Below, piece after piece: positions 42,395 through 52,598 of a stretch of DNA of 64,000 nucleotides. The stretch covers positions 1,664,001 through 1,728,000 of the forward strand of contig OZ242374.1 of the NCBI GenBank assembly GCA_965209055.1. The letters run 5' to 3'. Each line of letters starts with the position of its first letter. The stretch's first letter is position 1. The notes under the pieces are model-generated. The model was not told the origin of the DNA. It ran no database searches and was given only the letters and a program-made list of their open reading frames with translations. The stretch is from Acidobacteriota bacterium (GTDB lineage: Bacteria; Acidobacteriota; UBA6911; RPQK01; JAJDTT01). The translations under genes were made by a program, and so were the position numbers.

Positions 42395-42521
42395 ACCGTT
42401 TCCGTCCATTATAGGAAACGCCGGAATCGGAACTCAAATGGTGCGAATTCCGTGTCCCGGCGGAATTCTTGACCGGTTGCGGCATTTCCAATAGCTTGCA
42501 GCTCATGCTGGCGGGGACTCC

Positions 42522-43673
42522 GTGAGAACTCTCGTTCGGGAATTGGGGAATCGTCTTGAGCGGGTCCACTCGTCCGGGCTCTACCGGTCCCTCGAGGACG
42601 CGTCCCCCGAGGCCGTGGATTTCTGTTCCAACGACTACCTGGACCTGTCCCGCGATCCGCGGCTGAGGACGTTCCTGATCGAGCGTTTGCAAGACGAGCC
42701 CGAGTCTCGTCCCGTCTCGGCACCCTCCTCCCGGCTGCTGCGGGGAAACACGCCGCACCACCGGCTGCTGGAAGAGAAGCTGGCCCGGTTCAAGGGGACC
42801 GAAGCCGCCCTGGTGTTCCCCAGCGGCTACCAGGCCAACATGGGTCTCCTTTCCGCCCTCATGGGCCCCCGGGACCGGGTGGTGTCGGACCGTCTCAACC
42901 ACGCCAGCATCATCGACGGAATTCGTTTGAGCGGGGCGCGGAAGGTCATCCATCCCCACCGGGATCTGGAGGCGGTGCGAGCCGCTCTCGCGACTCCCCA
43001 TCCCCGCGGCCGAACCTTCCTGGTCACCGAGTCCCTCTTCAGCATGGACGGGGACATCGCGCCCTTGGACCAATATGCGGACCTGGCGGAGGAGTGGGGA
43101 GCGGACCTGATCGTGGATGACTCCCATGCCACCGGGCTCTTCGGCGCCGGTCGAGGGTCGGGCCTGACGGAGCATTTCGGGATCGAGAAGCGCGCCGCCT
43201 CCATCGTTTCGGGGTGCGGCAAGGGCCTTGGAGTGGCCGGCGCGTTCGTGGCCGGCCCCCGAACGGTGATCGAGTACCTGGTCAACGCCTGCCGCAGCTT
43301 CATCTTCACCACCTCCACGCCGCCCCTTCTCCTCTACGCGTTGGAGGCGGCGTTGGAGATCGCCGGGAGCGACCCGGGACGGCGGGAACGGGTACTGAAG
43401 CTCTCTCGCCTCCTGCGGCGCCGGTTGAGATCTCTGGACCTGGATACGTTGGACAGCGCCGGTCCCATCGTTCCGGTCATCCTGGGAGACAATCGCCGCG
43501 CCCTTGCCGTCGCCCAACGGCTTCGGGAGCAGGGGCTGGACGTGAGGGCGCTCCGTCCCCCCACGGTGCCGGCCGGCACCGCTCGGCTCCGGATCTCGGT
43601 TCACGCCAACCATTCTGTCGAGCAGTTGGAACGGCTTTGCCAGGCTCTTGCCGAGGCGCTGGAGACCGTGTGA
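42522..43673 (+). CDS. bioF: 8-amino-7-oxononanoate synthase
   Basis: FCSNDYL, SGYQAN, NHASIIDG, SLFSMDGD, DDSHATG. Confidence 0.93.
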   Translation: MRTLVRELGNRLERVHSSGLYRSLEDASPEAVDFCSNDYLDLSRDPRLRTFLIERLQDEPESRPVSAPSSRLLRGNTPHHRLLEEKLARFKGTEAALVFPSGYQANMGLLSALMGPRDRVVSDRLNHASIIDGIRLSGARKVIHPHRDLEAVRAALATPHPRGRTFLVTESLFSMDGDIAPLDQYADLAEEWGADLIVDDSHATGLFGAGRGSGLTEHFGIEKRAASIVSGCGKGLGVAGAFVAGPRTVIEYLVNACRSFIFTTSTPPLLLYALEAALEIAGSDPGRRERVLKLSRLLRRRLRSLDLDTLDSAGPIVPVILGDNRRALAVAQRLREQGLDVRALRPPTVPAGTARLRISVHANHSVEQLERLCQALAEALETV

Positions 43674-44365
43674 TGCAGGTCTTGGTCACTGGAACGGGGA
43701 CCGAAATCGGCAAGACGGTCGTCTCCGCCGTTCTCCTGGCCCACTGGGCGGGACGGACGCACGTGACCTACTGGAAACCGGTCGCCACGGGAGCGGAGGA
43801 GGGAAGCGACAGCCAGGAGGTGGCTTCCCTGGCGGGTCCGGAGGTGCGGATTCTGAAGGAGTGCTACCGTTTTGGTCCGCCCCTTTCTCCTCACCTGGCG
43901 GCCCGCCTGGCGGGAGTCGAGATCGAGCCGGAACGCATCCTCTCCGCCTACCGGCGTTATCGGGAGTCCGTGGACGACGGTCTTTTGGTCGTGGAGGGGA
44001 TCGGAGGCCTCCTGGTGCCCCTGACCGATCGCGGATATCTCCTGGCCGATATTCTGAAGGGGCTGGATATGCCCTGCCTCGTGGTCGCGTCCAGTCAACT
44101 CGGGACCATCAACCACACTCTGCTGACCCTCGAAGCGCTCCGTTCCAGGGACCTGAGCCTGGCGGGAGTGGTCCTGAACGGGCCCGCCAACCTGGAGAAT
44201 CGGCGGGCCATCGAGCGGTTCGGCCGGACCCGTGTCGTGGCGGAGTTGCAACCCCTCGATCCCCTCTCCCGCGAGACCGTCGCGCGAGCGGCCTCCGAAT
44301 TCGATCGGGACAGGATGCTGGAGCGCTGTCTCCTGGGGTCCCGGCCGGGCGCCGGAACGCAGTAG
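43673..44365 (+). CDS. bioD: dethiobiotin synthase
   Basis: TGTGTEIGKT, KPVATG, EGIGGLLVP, LGTINHTLL. Confidence 0.93.
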   Translation: MQVLVTGTGTEIGKTVVSAVLLAHWAGRTHVTYWKPVATGAEEGSDSQEVASLAGPEVRILKECYRFGPPLSPHLAARLAGVEIEPERILSAYRRYRESVDDGLLVVEGIGGLLVPLTDRGYLLADILKGLDMPCLVVASSQLGTINHTLLTLEALRSRDLSLAGVVLNGPANLENRRAIERFGRTRVVAELQPLDPLSRETVARAASEFDRDRMLERCLLGSRPGAGTQ

Positions 44366-44381
44366 GTTAGAGTATTCGGCG

Positions 44382-45710
44382 ATGGGAGATTTCGGCGGCT
44401 GGGTGTCCCAGGATCGGAAATACGTCTGGCATCCGTTCACCCAGATGCAGACGGCGCCTCCTCCCATCCCCGTCGAGCGCGCCGAAGGGATCTACCTCCA
44501 TACCCAGGACGGCCGCCGGTTGCTGGACGGCATCTCCTCCTGGTGGGTCAACATCCACGGACACAACCATCCTCGTCTCAACCGCGCGTTGGAGGAACAG
44601 GCTTCGCGGCTGGGGCACGTGCTGTTCGCCGGATGCACCCACGAACCGGCGGCACGGTTGGCTTCCGAGCTGGTCCGCCGGGCGCCGGCGGGGTTGTCAC
44701 GCGTCTTCTTCTCGGACAACGGATCCACCTCGGTGGAGGTGGCTCTGAAGATGTCCTACCAGTATTGGAAGAACCGCGGCGAGACCCGCGATCTCTTCAT
44801 CTCTCTGAAACATGCCTACCATGGCGACACCCTGGGTGCCATGGGGGTGGGGGGAGTGGACGCTTTCCACGCCCAGTTCGCGGACCTCCTGGTGAAGCAG
44901 CTCCAGACGCACTCTCCCACCTGCCGGACCTGTCCGGTTGGACGGACCCGCGCCACGTGTCACATCGAGTGCACCGGCCGGCTTGAGGACCTCCTGCGGG
45001 AGACGGGTCACCGGGTGTCGGCGGTGATCGTGGAGCCCATGGTTCAGGGCGCCGGGGGAATGATCATCTGGCCGGTGGAGTTCCTGAACCTGGTCCGGGA
45101 GCTGACCCGCCGTCACGGAATTCTGCTCATCGCCGACGAGGTCTTCACCGGCTTCGGGCGGACCGGAAAGATGTTCGCCTGCGAGCATGGACCGGTGACG
45201 CCCGACCTCATGTGCCTCTCCAAGGCCCTCACCGGAGGGTATCTCCCCCTGGCCGCCACCCTGGTGACCGAGCCCCTGTACCAGGCGTTTCTGAGCGAGG
45301 ACCGGGGGCGGGGGTTTCTGCACGGACATTCCTACACCGCCAATCCCCTGGGATGCGCAGTTGCCCTGGAAAGCCTGGCCCTTTTCGATGAGGAAGAGCG
45401 GCTGGAGCGAGTGGCTCGATTGGCAGAGCTCTTCTCGGAGCGCCTGGCCCGCATGGCGCGGCTGCCTGGAGTGGCGGAGGTTCGCGGGATCGGAGGGCTG
45501 GCGGTGATGGAGCTGGAGGCCGAGGGAGAGGCGGGCTACCTCGACTCTCGAACTCCCCGGTTGATCCAGGCCTTTCAGGAGAAGGGCCTTCTGCTGCGTC
45601 CTCTGGGGAACGTCCTCTATTTCCTGCCCCCTTACGTCATCGAGGATCGGGAAGCGCACCGCGCCTTCGATGTTATCGAGGAAGTCCTGGTCTCTATCGC
45701 TCAACATTGA
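44382..45710 (+). CDS. bioA: DAPA aminotransferase
   Basis: WHPFTQ, SSWWVNIHGH, YHGDT, ADEVFTGFGRTG, SKALTGG. Confidence 0.94.
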   Translation: MGDFGGWVSQDRKYVWHPFTQMQTAPPPIPVERAEGIYLHTQDGRRLLDGISSWWVNIHGHNHPRLNRALEEQASRLGHVLFAGCTHEPAARLASELVRRAPAGLSRVFFSDNGSTSVEVALKMSYQYWKNRGETRDLFISLKHAYHGDTLGAMGVGGVDAFHAQFADLLVKQLQTHSPTCRTCPVGRTRATCHIECTGRLEDLLRETGHRVSAVIVEPMVQGAGGMIIWPVEFLNLVRELTRRHGILLIADEVFTGFGRTGKMFACEHGPVTPDLMCLSKALTGGYLPLAATLVTEPLYQAFLSEDRGRGFLHGHSYTANPLGCAVALESLALFDEEERLERVARLAELFSERLARMARLPGVAEVRGIGGLAVMELEAEGEAGYLDSRTPRLIQAFQEKGLLLRPLGNVLYFLPPYVIEDREAHRAFDVIEEVLVSIAQH

Positions 45711-45839
45711 GGTTTCATTCTTCATCCTGTCCCGCCGGCAATCTCGCCTTGGGGCGGTTTGCTTTCCGATTTGCGGCTGTGCTAGCCTCCATTCCTGGTT
45801 GCGTTGTCGCAACCGGTGTCCGCCGACCATTGGAGGGAG

Positions 45840-46139
45840 ATGGCTAGACTTCGACCGAGACCTTTTCGTCGTAGACCGCGTAAGCGCAAGAGACCACAGA
45901 AGAGACGGGACGAGCCGAAGGAAAAGAAGTCCGACGCCATCGAGGTCACCGGAACCGTAACGGAACCGCTTCCCAACGCCATGTTTCGCGTCGAGTTGGA
46001 GAACGGACACGTGGTTCTGGCCCACGTTTCCGGAAAGATGCGCCGTCATTTCATCCGGATCCTCCGCGGCGACCGCGTCATGGTCGAACTTTCACCCTAC
46101 GACCTCACCCGGGGCCGTCTCACCTACCGGTACAAATAA
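45840..46139 (+). CDS. infA: translation initiation factor IF-1 with basic N-terminal extension
   Basis: [25 protein letters not shown]...[20 protein letters not shown]; GGAGG RBS before ATG 45840. Confidence 0.95.
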   Translation: MARLRPRPFRRRPRKRKRPQKRRDEPKEKKSDAIEVTGTVTEPLPNAMFRVELENGHVVLAHVSGKMRRHFIRILRGDRVMVELSPYDLTRGRLTYRYK

Positions 46140-46147
46140 GCTCCCCG

Positions 46148-47623
46148 ATGACCGAGGGACGCACCGTGACCTCCCGGATCCTGATCGCCCTCTCCGTACT
46201 GTTGCCTCCGGTGGGCCTGGTACTGGTGTGGGCGCGGTCCGGCTGGAGGACAAGGAACCGGTTGCTGGCAAGCCTCGCGCTCCTGGCATTGACCTGGGTC
46301 TACGTGTTTCAGGCGGTGGGTCTGAGCATCGAACGGGACGGCACCGGTTGGCGTCCGCTGGTCTCCATTTCGCCGGTCTGGTCCCGGTACGCAACGGCCG
46401 AGGGAGCATCCGCTTCAGGCGGGGCTCACGCTGCTCCTGCATCGGATGTCCGGAGCTGGACCGGGTTTCGGGGGTCGGACCGGGACAGCCGCTACCTGGA
46501 GGGAGAGATCCGGACCGCTTGGCCCGGTGATGGACTCCCGCTGCTCTGGAGGCGGCCGGTGGGAGGCGGATACGCTTCCATCGTCGCCGGTTCGGGGCTT
46601 CTCTTCACCATCGAACAGCGGGGCCCCCAGGAGGTCGTGGCTGCCTATGATCCGGACACCGGCGCTGAGGTTTGGACCCATGGCTGGGACGCCGAGTTCC
46701 AGGAGACCATGGGAGGTGACGGGCCCCGGGCGACTCCCCAGTGGCACGACGGTCGACTTTACGTCCTGGGAGCCACCGGCGAGTTCCGTTGCTTCGATGC
46801 CGCCAGCGGGAAAGTTCAATGGGGGTTGAACATCCTCTCGGACAACAGCGCCCGGAATCTGGTTTGGGGCATGTCCGCCTCACCCCTGATTACGGGTGAC
46901 CAGGTCATTCTCCTCCCCGGCGGGGCGTCGGACCGATCCGTCGTCTCCTATCATCGGCTCACCGGCAAGTTCCTCTGGGGAGCGCTCAGCGACAAACAGG
47001 CGTATGCCGCGCCGATCGTAGCCGACCTGGCCGGGCGGGAGCAGTTGCTGGTGGTAACGGCCGAGCGAGTCGTGGGACTCGACCCGACGGGTGGCGAGCT
47101 GCTCTGGGAGTATCCCTGGGTCACCTCCTACGACGTCAATTCCGTGGAACCTCTGTTGCTGGGAAACGACCGGTTCTTCATCTCCTCCGGTTACGGCCAC
47201 GGGGCGGCGGTGCTGGAGATCGGACGGGGCGAGGACGGCTACGCCGTGAAGACCGTCTGGAAAAACAAGCGAATGAAGAACAAGTTCAACGGCTCGGTCC
47301 TCCATGAGGGTCATGTCTACGGTCTGGATGAGGCCATCCTGGCTTGCGTGGACGTAACCACGGGAGAGAGGAAGTGGAAGGGAGGCCGCTATGGTTACGG
47401 CCAGATCCTTCTGGCCTCGGGCCATCTGGTGGTGTTGACGGAGCGGGGCGATCTGGTTCTGGTCGAGGCCAACGCGGAGGAGCACCGCGAGCTGGCGCGA
47501 TTTTCGGCGCTGACCGGAAAGACCTGGAACTATCCCGTCATCGTCGCGGGCCGTCTCCTGGTGAGGAACCAGACCCAGATGGCCTGCTACGACGTGAGCC
47601 CGAGTCCGAAAGACCCCTCATAG
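46148..47623 (+). CDS. PQQ-like (BamB-type) beta-propeller protein
   Basis: W.GFRG..RD, DGPRATP, repeated TG...W blades. Confidence 0.85.
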   Translation: MTEGRTVTSRILIALSVLLPPVGLVLVWARSGWRTRNRLLASLALLALTWVYVFQAVGLSIERDGTGWRPLVSISPVWSRYATAEGASASGGAHAAPASDVRSWTGFRGSDRDSRYLEGEIRTAWPGDGLPLLWRRPVGGGYASIVAGSGLLFTIEQRGPQEVVAAYDPDTGAEVWTHGWDAEFQETMGGDGPRATPQWHDGRLYVLGATGEFRCFDAASGKVQWGLNILSDNSARNLVWGMSASPLITGDQVILLPGGASDRSVVSYHRLTGKFLWGALSDKQAYAAPIVADLAGREQLLVVTAERVVGLDPTGGELLWEYPWVTSYDVNSVEPLLLGNDRFFISSGYGHGAAVLEIGRGEDGYAVKTVWKNKRMKNKFNGSVLHEGHVYGLDEAILACVDVTTGERKWKGGRYGYGQILLASGHLVVLTERGDLVLVEANAEEHRELARFSALTGKTWNYPVIVAGRLLVRNQTQMACYDVSPSPKDPS

Positions 47624-48988
47624 AGCCCACGGCTTCCGATACTCCCGGTGCAGGAGTCCGTTGGCCTCGTCGTCGCCCAAGACCCGTTCCCTGGCGCCGT
47701 CCCACCGGATCCGCCGTCCCAGGCGGAGGGCGATATTCCCCAGATGCGGAGTCGAGGTGGATCGGTGGCCGATTTCCACGTCCGAGATGGGCTTCTTCCG
47801 GGTTCGAACGCAATCCAGGAAGTTCAGGACGTGGCTGAAGTGCTGCTCGGAGCCGGGAGCCGTCCGAAATCCGGCTCTTCCTTCACTGGAACTCCACTCC
47901 CGCCTGCGTCGATCAGGTGTCTTCTGATCCAGCATCCTCAGGTAGCGGGGCCGCTGGGCGACTGCCGTCCCTGCCGTCTCGGGCCGGATCTCGAAGCCGC
48001 CGCGATTCAGATAGAGGGTCCCGTCGGTGCCGAAAAACTCGATGCCGTAGCCTCGACCCGCGGGACCGCGGGCGTTCCCGACCCTGTGGGAGAAGGAGGC
48101 GATGAATCCGGGATACTCGTAAAGGACCTCCAGCGTATCGGGCGTCTCCCGGTTGTCGTCGATGCAGAAGTTGCCCCCGACGGCGGTGGCGGCCAGGGGA
48201 GCGTCGACCTGCATGGCCCATTGGACGATGTCCAGATGATGCGTTCCCCAATCGGTGAGCATCCCTCCAGAGTAGTCCCAGAACCACCGGAACGTGTGGA
48301 TGAAACGGTTTCCGTTGAAGGGGGCCTTGGGCGCCGGACCCAGCCAGAGATCCCAGTCCAGACCCGGCGGGGGTTCCGTGTCCCGGGGCCGGCCCATCCC
48401 GGCCGGACTCTCGTTGCCGTAGTTCCAGGTGTTGACCCGGCTCACCTTGCCGATGGCCCCCTCCTCGACCAGCTTGACGGCCTCCTGGAAGTGCTCGCCG
48501 GAACGCTGTTGCGTCCCCATCTGGACGATTCTTCCGTTGCGGCGAGCCGCCTCCACCATTTTCCGTCCTTCGTAAATGGTCAGGGAGAGCGGCTTCTCCA
48601 CGTAGACGTCCTTCCCGGCGTCGCACGCCATCACGGTGGGCAGCGCATGCCAGTGATCGGGCGTGGAGACGACGACCACGTCCACCTCGTTGAGGTCGAG
48701 GACCTGCCGGAAGTCCTTGTAGCCGGCCGCCTTTCCTCCCTCCTGGTCGGCGGTCATCTGCAGAGTCAGGTCGCGGTTGTGATCCCAAACGTCACAGACG
48801 GCCGCCGCCCGGACCTGCCCCGACCGGAGGAAGTCCCTCATATTGCTGCGCCCCATGCCCCCGGTCCCGACGAAGGCGCAAATCAGCCGGTCATTGGCCC
48901 CGAGGGGACCTCCCTTGCCGGTCTGGAGAGCGGGAGCTCCAGCGACTGCCGCCGCCGATGCCACGAACTTGCGTCTGTTCATCTTCAT
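47618..48988 (-). CDS. Tat-exported Gfo/Idh/MocA oxidoreductase
   Basis: NRRKFV, GTGGMG, TPDHWH, VEKPL, DWGTHHLD. Confidence 0.92.
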   Translation of the reverse strand: MKMNRRKFVASAAAVAGAPALQTGKGGPLGANDRLICAFVGTGGMGRSNMRDFLRSGQVRAAAVCDVWDHNRDLTLQMTADQEGGKAAGYKDFRQVLDLNEVDVVVVSTPDHWHALPTVMACDAGKDVYVEKPLSLTIYEGRKMVEAARRNGRIVQMGTQQRSGEHFQEAVKLVEEGAIGKVSRVNTWNYGNESPAGMGRPRDTEPPPGLDWDLWLGPAPKAPFNGNRFIHTFRWFWDYSGGMLTDWGTHHLDIVQWAMQVDAPLAATAVGGNFCIDDNRETPDTLEVLYEYPGFIASFSHRVGNARGPAGRGYGIEFFGTDGTLYLNRGGFEIRPETAGTAVAQRPRYLRMLDQKTPDRRRREWSSSEGRAGFRTAPGSEQHFSHVLNFLDCVRTRKKPISDVEIGHRSTSTPHLGNIALRLGRRIRWDGARERVLGDDEANGLLHREYRKPWAL

Positions 48989-49088
48989 AACTGGAACTCC
49001 TGGGCTGGGCTTCGCTACGATGCCTAAACTCTAATGTATAATTCCGGCATCGAACAGAGCAGGGTTCTCCGACATCGAGGCTGACACT

Positions 49089-49595
49089 ATGAATTGGAAC
49101 ACCTTCCGCCGACTTCCTGATGATGCCCGAGTCTGGATCAGTGGTTTCGAACGTCCGCTCGGTCCGGCCGAGCAGGAGACGGTCCGGGCGGGAATGGAGC
49201 GCTTTGCGGCCGGTTGGGCGTCGCACCAGGTCCCGGTCGAGTCCGCATTCGAGATCGTCCAGGATCGCTTTCTGGTGATCGCCGCCTGTACCCCGGGTTC
49301 AGTGTCCGGTTGCTCCATCGACAGCATGATGAGGAATATGCGGGACCTGTATTCGGCCGTCGGTGTCGCGCCTCCCGCCGGCAACCTCGTCTACTTCCGT
49401 GATGAGACCGGCCGGATCCAGTCCATCGACCACCTGGAGTTCCGTGACGTGGCCGACTCGGGCCGGCTCAAGCCGGACACCCGGGTGTTCGATACGATGA
49501 TTCAGAACCTGGGGCAGTTGCGAGCCGGCCGGTTCGAACTCCCCTACCAAGAGGCGTGGCACTCCCGGGCGTTTCCTCTTCCCGTCACCGCGTGA
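49089..49595 (+). CDS. conserved hypothetical protein (island insertion target)
   Basis: LPDDARVWI, W.SH, SGCSID motifs; 3' end duplicated at 61101. Confidence 0.75.
   Translation: MNWNTFRRLPDDARVWISGFERPLGPAEQETVRAGMERFAAGWASHQVPVESAFEIVQDRFLVIAACTPGSVSGCSIDSMMRNMRDLYSAVGVAPPAGNLVYFRDETGRIQSIDHLEFRDVADSGRLKPDTRVFDTMIQNLGQLRAGRFELPYQEAWHSRAFPLPVTA
49481..49595 (+). repeat. left direct repeat of island (gene 3' end)
   Basis: 84 of first 100 bp identical to 61101-61200 by manual alignment. Confidence 0.88.
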
Positions 49596-49624
49596 GTCTG
49601 CCGGCGAGCCGGGGATTCTGGCCG

Positions 49625-50023
49625 CTACGCGGAAACTCGAGCGTCGCGATCTTTCTCACTGAAAGCCTTGATGGGGACGTCCAGAAGAATCTCCGAATAC
49701 GGTACACGCGGGACCACGCGGCCCCGATCTCCCTTTTCCAGACGCACCAGACCGTAACGCTCCATCGTGTGCAGCGTTCGGGACAGATTGGAACGGGCAC
49801 GCCCTGAGCGCTCGGCCAGTTCGGCAATCGAGGCCGGCTTCTCCTCCGTAATCATCCTTAGTAGCGCGCGGTTGCGATCGGACAGGACCTTGGCAAAGCT
49901 TTCGAGAGAAGGAAACCACACCTTGGGTTCGCCTCGTCCCGGCCGATGCTCGGCGCGCGCAATGGCCAAGGTTCAGGCCTCCATCTCTCCATAACCGGCA
50001 ATGCCGACTCGCAATGTCTTCAT
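49625..50023 (-). pseudogene. HVO_A0114-like HTH antitoxin/regulator with in-frame TGA at codon 17
   Basis: MKTLRVGIAGYGEMEA*TLAIAR..KVWFPSLESFAKVLS + HTH; stop at 49973-49975. Confidence 0.75.
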
Positions 50024-50361
50024 GGCGTCACTCCGCTCTCTGCCAACACGGCCTCGACCTCCGTCCGGAAATCCGCAAGCAACTGGGCCGCATCGCGATA
50101 CTCATAGGGCCGGATGGTCCGATGACGGTGTCGGTGATCAGGGGCCAACCTCCGGCGTCCCGCCGGTCCCGCTGGCGAAGGGACCGGATGAGCGTCATCG
50201 AATCCGACCAGTCGCGTGCCTCCGGGTCCATGAAGCGTCAGCGCGTACATGAGCCTTTGTGGCTTCTCCAGGGTCGGAGGAATACGCTTGACGCGAAAGC
50301 GCACCCAGCGCTCCCCAGCCGGATCGATCACGAGAACCTCCTCGTCCAGATCCAAAAGCAT
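50020..50361 (-). CDS. DUF6516 (TumE-like) putative toxin
   Basis: YALTLHGPGGTRLVGFDDAH, DHRH, LLADF; overlaps HTH gene start; start codon uncertain. Confidence 0.75.
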   Translation of the reverse strand: MLLDLDEEVLVIDPAGERWVRFRVKRIPPTLEKPQRLMYALTLHGPGGTRLVGFDDAHPVPSPAGPAGRRRLAPDHRHRHRTIRPYEYRDAAQLLADFRTEVEAVLAESGVTP

Positions 50362-50398
50362 ATCCAGGCTTGGATCGCGCAGCGGCCTCGCGTTTTTG

Positions 50399-50419
50399 GA
50401 GTATCACATACTGATACTC
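50399..50419. promoter_or_regulatory. operator palindrome upstream of DUF6516 pair
   Basis: GAGTATCA-N5-TGATACTC. Confidence 0.6.
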
Positions 50420-50623
50420 TGTTCCTAGTCGTCTGGGAGGTGACCAGAGTGACCCGAAAACGGAATTGTCCTTCTTTTCGCTGTCCCCTTCCTGAGTCGG
50501 GACGAAGCGAAAGGCGCGAAAGATAGGGAACGCGGGAAGGGACTCCAGGAGTTGGCGGCCGGATATTAGGCCGGTTCCGAAATCAGCGGCTTCTAGTCAG
50601 CACGGTCGTCGGGGCCTCGAATT

Positions 50624-50651
50624 ATTGTCGGTAACGTACGTTACCGTAAAT
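50624..50651. other. dif/Xer-like recombination site
   Basis: ATTGTCGGTAA-CGTACG-TTACCGTAAAT (11-6-11; right arm resembles XerD arm TTATGTTAAAT). Confidence 0.5.
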
Positions 50652-50797
50652 GGTTGTGGCCGGACCGCTGCCCGATCTCGCCCCCCTCAAGCCCGTCCGT
50701 GGTGACGTCGCCGCGCCTACGCCCGGGCCGTCGGGTGGTTTCTCGAATTCTGTGAGCGCGAGGACGTGGAGATCCACCGGGTCACGCGGGGCCGGAT

Positions 50798-51574
50798 GTG
50801 GAGCCCACCGGAAGGAGAGATCCCGGAGGGAGTCGGTATAGGCAGGAGTGGAGTCGTTTGGCCCTTGATAAGCTCCTACAGTGGACGAACATAGTCTACA
50901 TGGTGTCCGTGGGGACCGCCGCCGTCGCGACGTTTGCGATCTACCATTTGTCCGCGCGTGTCAACGCTGCCAAAGATCGCGAGCTGGAACAGTACCGAAC
51001 CGAGTCCAGGATCAAGATAACCGCCGCGCAGGCCGAAGCCGCCGAGGCGAGAAAGATCGCGGAATCCGAGCGCCTCGCGCGAGCGGAGATGGAGTCCCAG
51101 ATCGCCGTCGCCGAGGCCCGCGCCGCAGAGGCGAATGCCGTCGCCTCGCAAGCACAGCTAGAGCTTGCGAGGCTCAAGGAGCCCAGGACCATAGCGCCGG
51201 AGGACCAAGAGAAGATCATCGTCGCCCTGAAGGAATTCGCGGGACAAAATTTCGGCTTCTCTGTGTTTCCAGACCCGGAGTCGTTATCACTCCTTCGAGC
51301 TCTTGACGCCATGCTGAAATCGGCCGGATGGATTAGAGTGCCGGCCCAGATCGGCGATATCGTCGTCGACGCCGCCGGAAACACCGCCGGAACGTCACAC
51401 GACTCCGGCGTGGCTGCATTCGTCGGTCCGGAAAACCGTAACGCGAGGGTTGCACTACTGACTCTAAGCAAGGCTCTCACGGTCTCAGGAATTCCCTGCA
51501 AACCGAGCCGGACTGAACAGCTACGAGACAAGACCCCCAAGGCAATAATCATCAACGTCGGAAAGAAGCCGTAG
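50798..51574 (+). CDS. hypothetical membrane-anchored coiled-coil protein
   Basis: TM segment, Ala/Glu-rich coil, globular C-terminus; start uncertain. Confidence 0.65.
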   Translation: MEPTGRRDPGGSRYRQEWSRLALDKLLQWTNIVYMVSVGTAAVATFAIYHLSARVNAAKDRELEQYRTESRIKITAAQAEAAEARKIAESERLARAEMESQIAVAEARAAEANAVASQAQLELARLKEPRTIAPEDQEKIIVALKEFAGQNFGFSVFPDPESLSLLRALDAMLKSAGWIRVPAQIGDIVVDAAGNTAGTSHDSGVAAFVGPENRNARVALLTLSKALTVSGIPCKPSRTEQLRDKTPKAIIINVGKKP

Positions 51575-51761
51575 CCGATGGCGTTGGATGGAGTGCCGAC
51601 CCTGCACCCGGTAAGGCGGAAGAATGTCTCCCAATCTCTGACGGTCGAGAAGTTCCACCGGGAGTGCCTGCGGATGGCGGAGTTCCCGCTGGGCGCGCGA
51701 TCGGCGACAGGTCCGAAGGGCCACAGGCGGGCGCAGAGGAAGACGGTCTGGAACCTATTTA

Positions 51762-51790
51762 GCCTACGATAAGTTGATCTTATCGGACCC
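51762..51790. other. dif/Xer-like site (7-bp spacer)
   Basis: GCCTACGATAA-GTTGATC-TTATCGGACCC. Confidence 0.4.
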
Positions 51791-51902
51791 TGATCCCTCT
51801 CGGGGGCCTCTGACCCGCTTTTCCTAGGCCGGATTTCCAGGCAGGTCGGCGCTGATTCACGCGCCCCGAGAGAAACGGACAAACCCTCCTCTTCCCCGCA
51901 GG

Positions 51903-51947
51903 GACTCCGTTAATTTCAGTTAACGGATGTTCTCCAGAGACTCGCCG
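51903..51947. repeat. recombination-site-like repeat, left of LRR cassette
   Basis: TCCGTTAA-TTTCAG-TTAACGGA palindrome; about 38 bp repeated imperfectly at 59732-59769. Confidence 0.65.
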
Positions 51948-51968
51948 TCCCCAGCTATTCTCGGCAGG

Positions 51969-52559
51969 TCATCGGAGAACTGGAACCACGGGCAAGGTCG
52001 TGAAGATACGGTTGTCGGCGTCCATCTCCAGGGCCAACCCCGTGAACCTCCCGATGTCTGGCACGGTGCAGCGCACGGACCCCTCGAAGTCCGAAGTGAT
52101 GGTCTTGGCGAACAGCTCGTGGATGAACTGCGCCGTCTGTCCGTTGCCGGCTATTGAAATTTCCTGCTCTTCCAATGCCCTGCCGGCGCGCATCAGTTGG
52201 CATGTGACCTTGATCGCATTCTTCGTCAGGTTGCGGATGGCCATCCCTGTGCGAATTCCTCTGATTTGGTGTCGAGCCGGGAAGATTGCATCCTGGACGG
52301 CCTCACTGGCGCCGACTCCTGCGACGCCAATCTCTGGGTGGTCGAACCGCAGGAACCCACCGATTGGACCGTCTGCGACAACCTTCACCGAGCCAGTTGT
52401 CAGATCCCCCCGGCCGTGGGTGGAGATCGTGAGTTCCCCTAGTGGGACCAATGGCGTCTCCACGGTCAAGGCTCCATCGCTCTGGATCTTAAGGCCGATT
52501 ACCAGGTCCAACATCGCCTCAGGAGGAATGAGGGCTCCTTCACCGTCGTAGAATTGAAT
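51969..52559 (-). pseudogene. 3' part of LRR surface-protein gene split by the transposon
   Basis: homologous to the first repeat domain of the 57359-59562 product (TISTHGRGDL, GVAGVG, RIFTTLPVVPV); joins in frame. Confidence 0.92.
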
Positions 52560-52598
52560 GGGGATTATACAGTTGACTAGGCACTCCTGCATTCCTGG

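Noticed and set aside
42522-45710. bioFDA without bioB as a novel pathway
   Set aside because: bioB is often encoded elsewhere; cannot be judged from one window
370-48788. long antisense or alternate-frame ORFs (e.g. 1785-3659, 6995-9019, 18501-20918, 25286-27370, 33232-35019)
   Set aside because: shadow ORFs typical of high-GC DNA, overlapping well-supported genes and lacking motifs
51578-51772. 64-aa ORF after the coiled-coil gene
   Set aside because: no RBS or motif, and it ends inside a dif-like site; probably non-coding or a remnant
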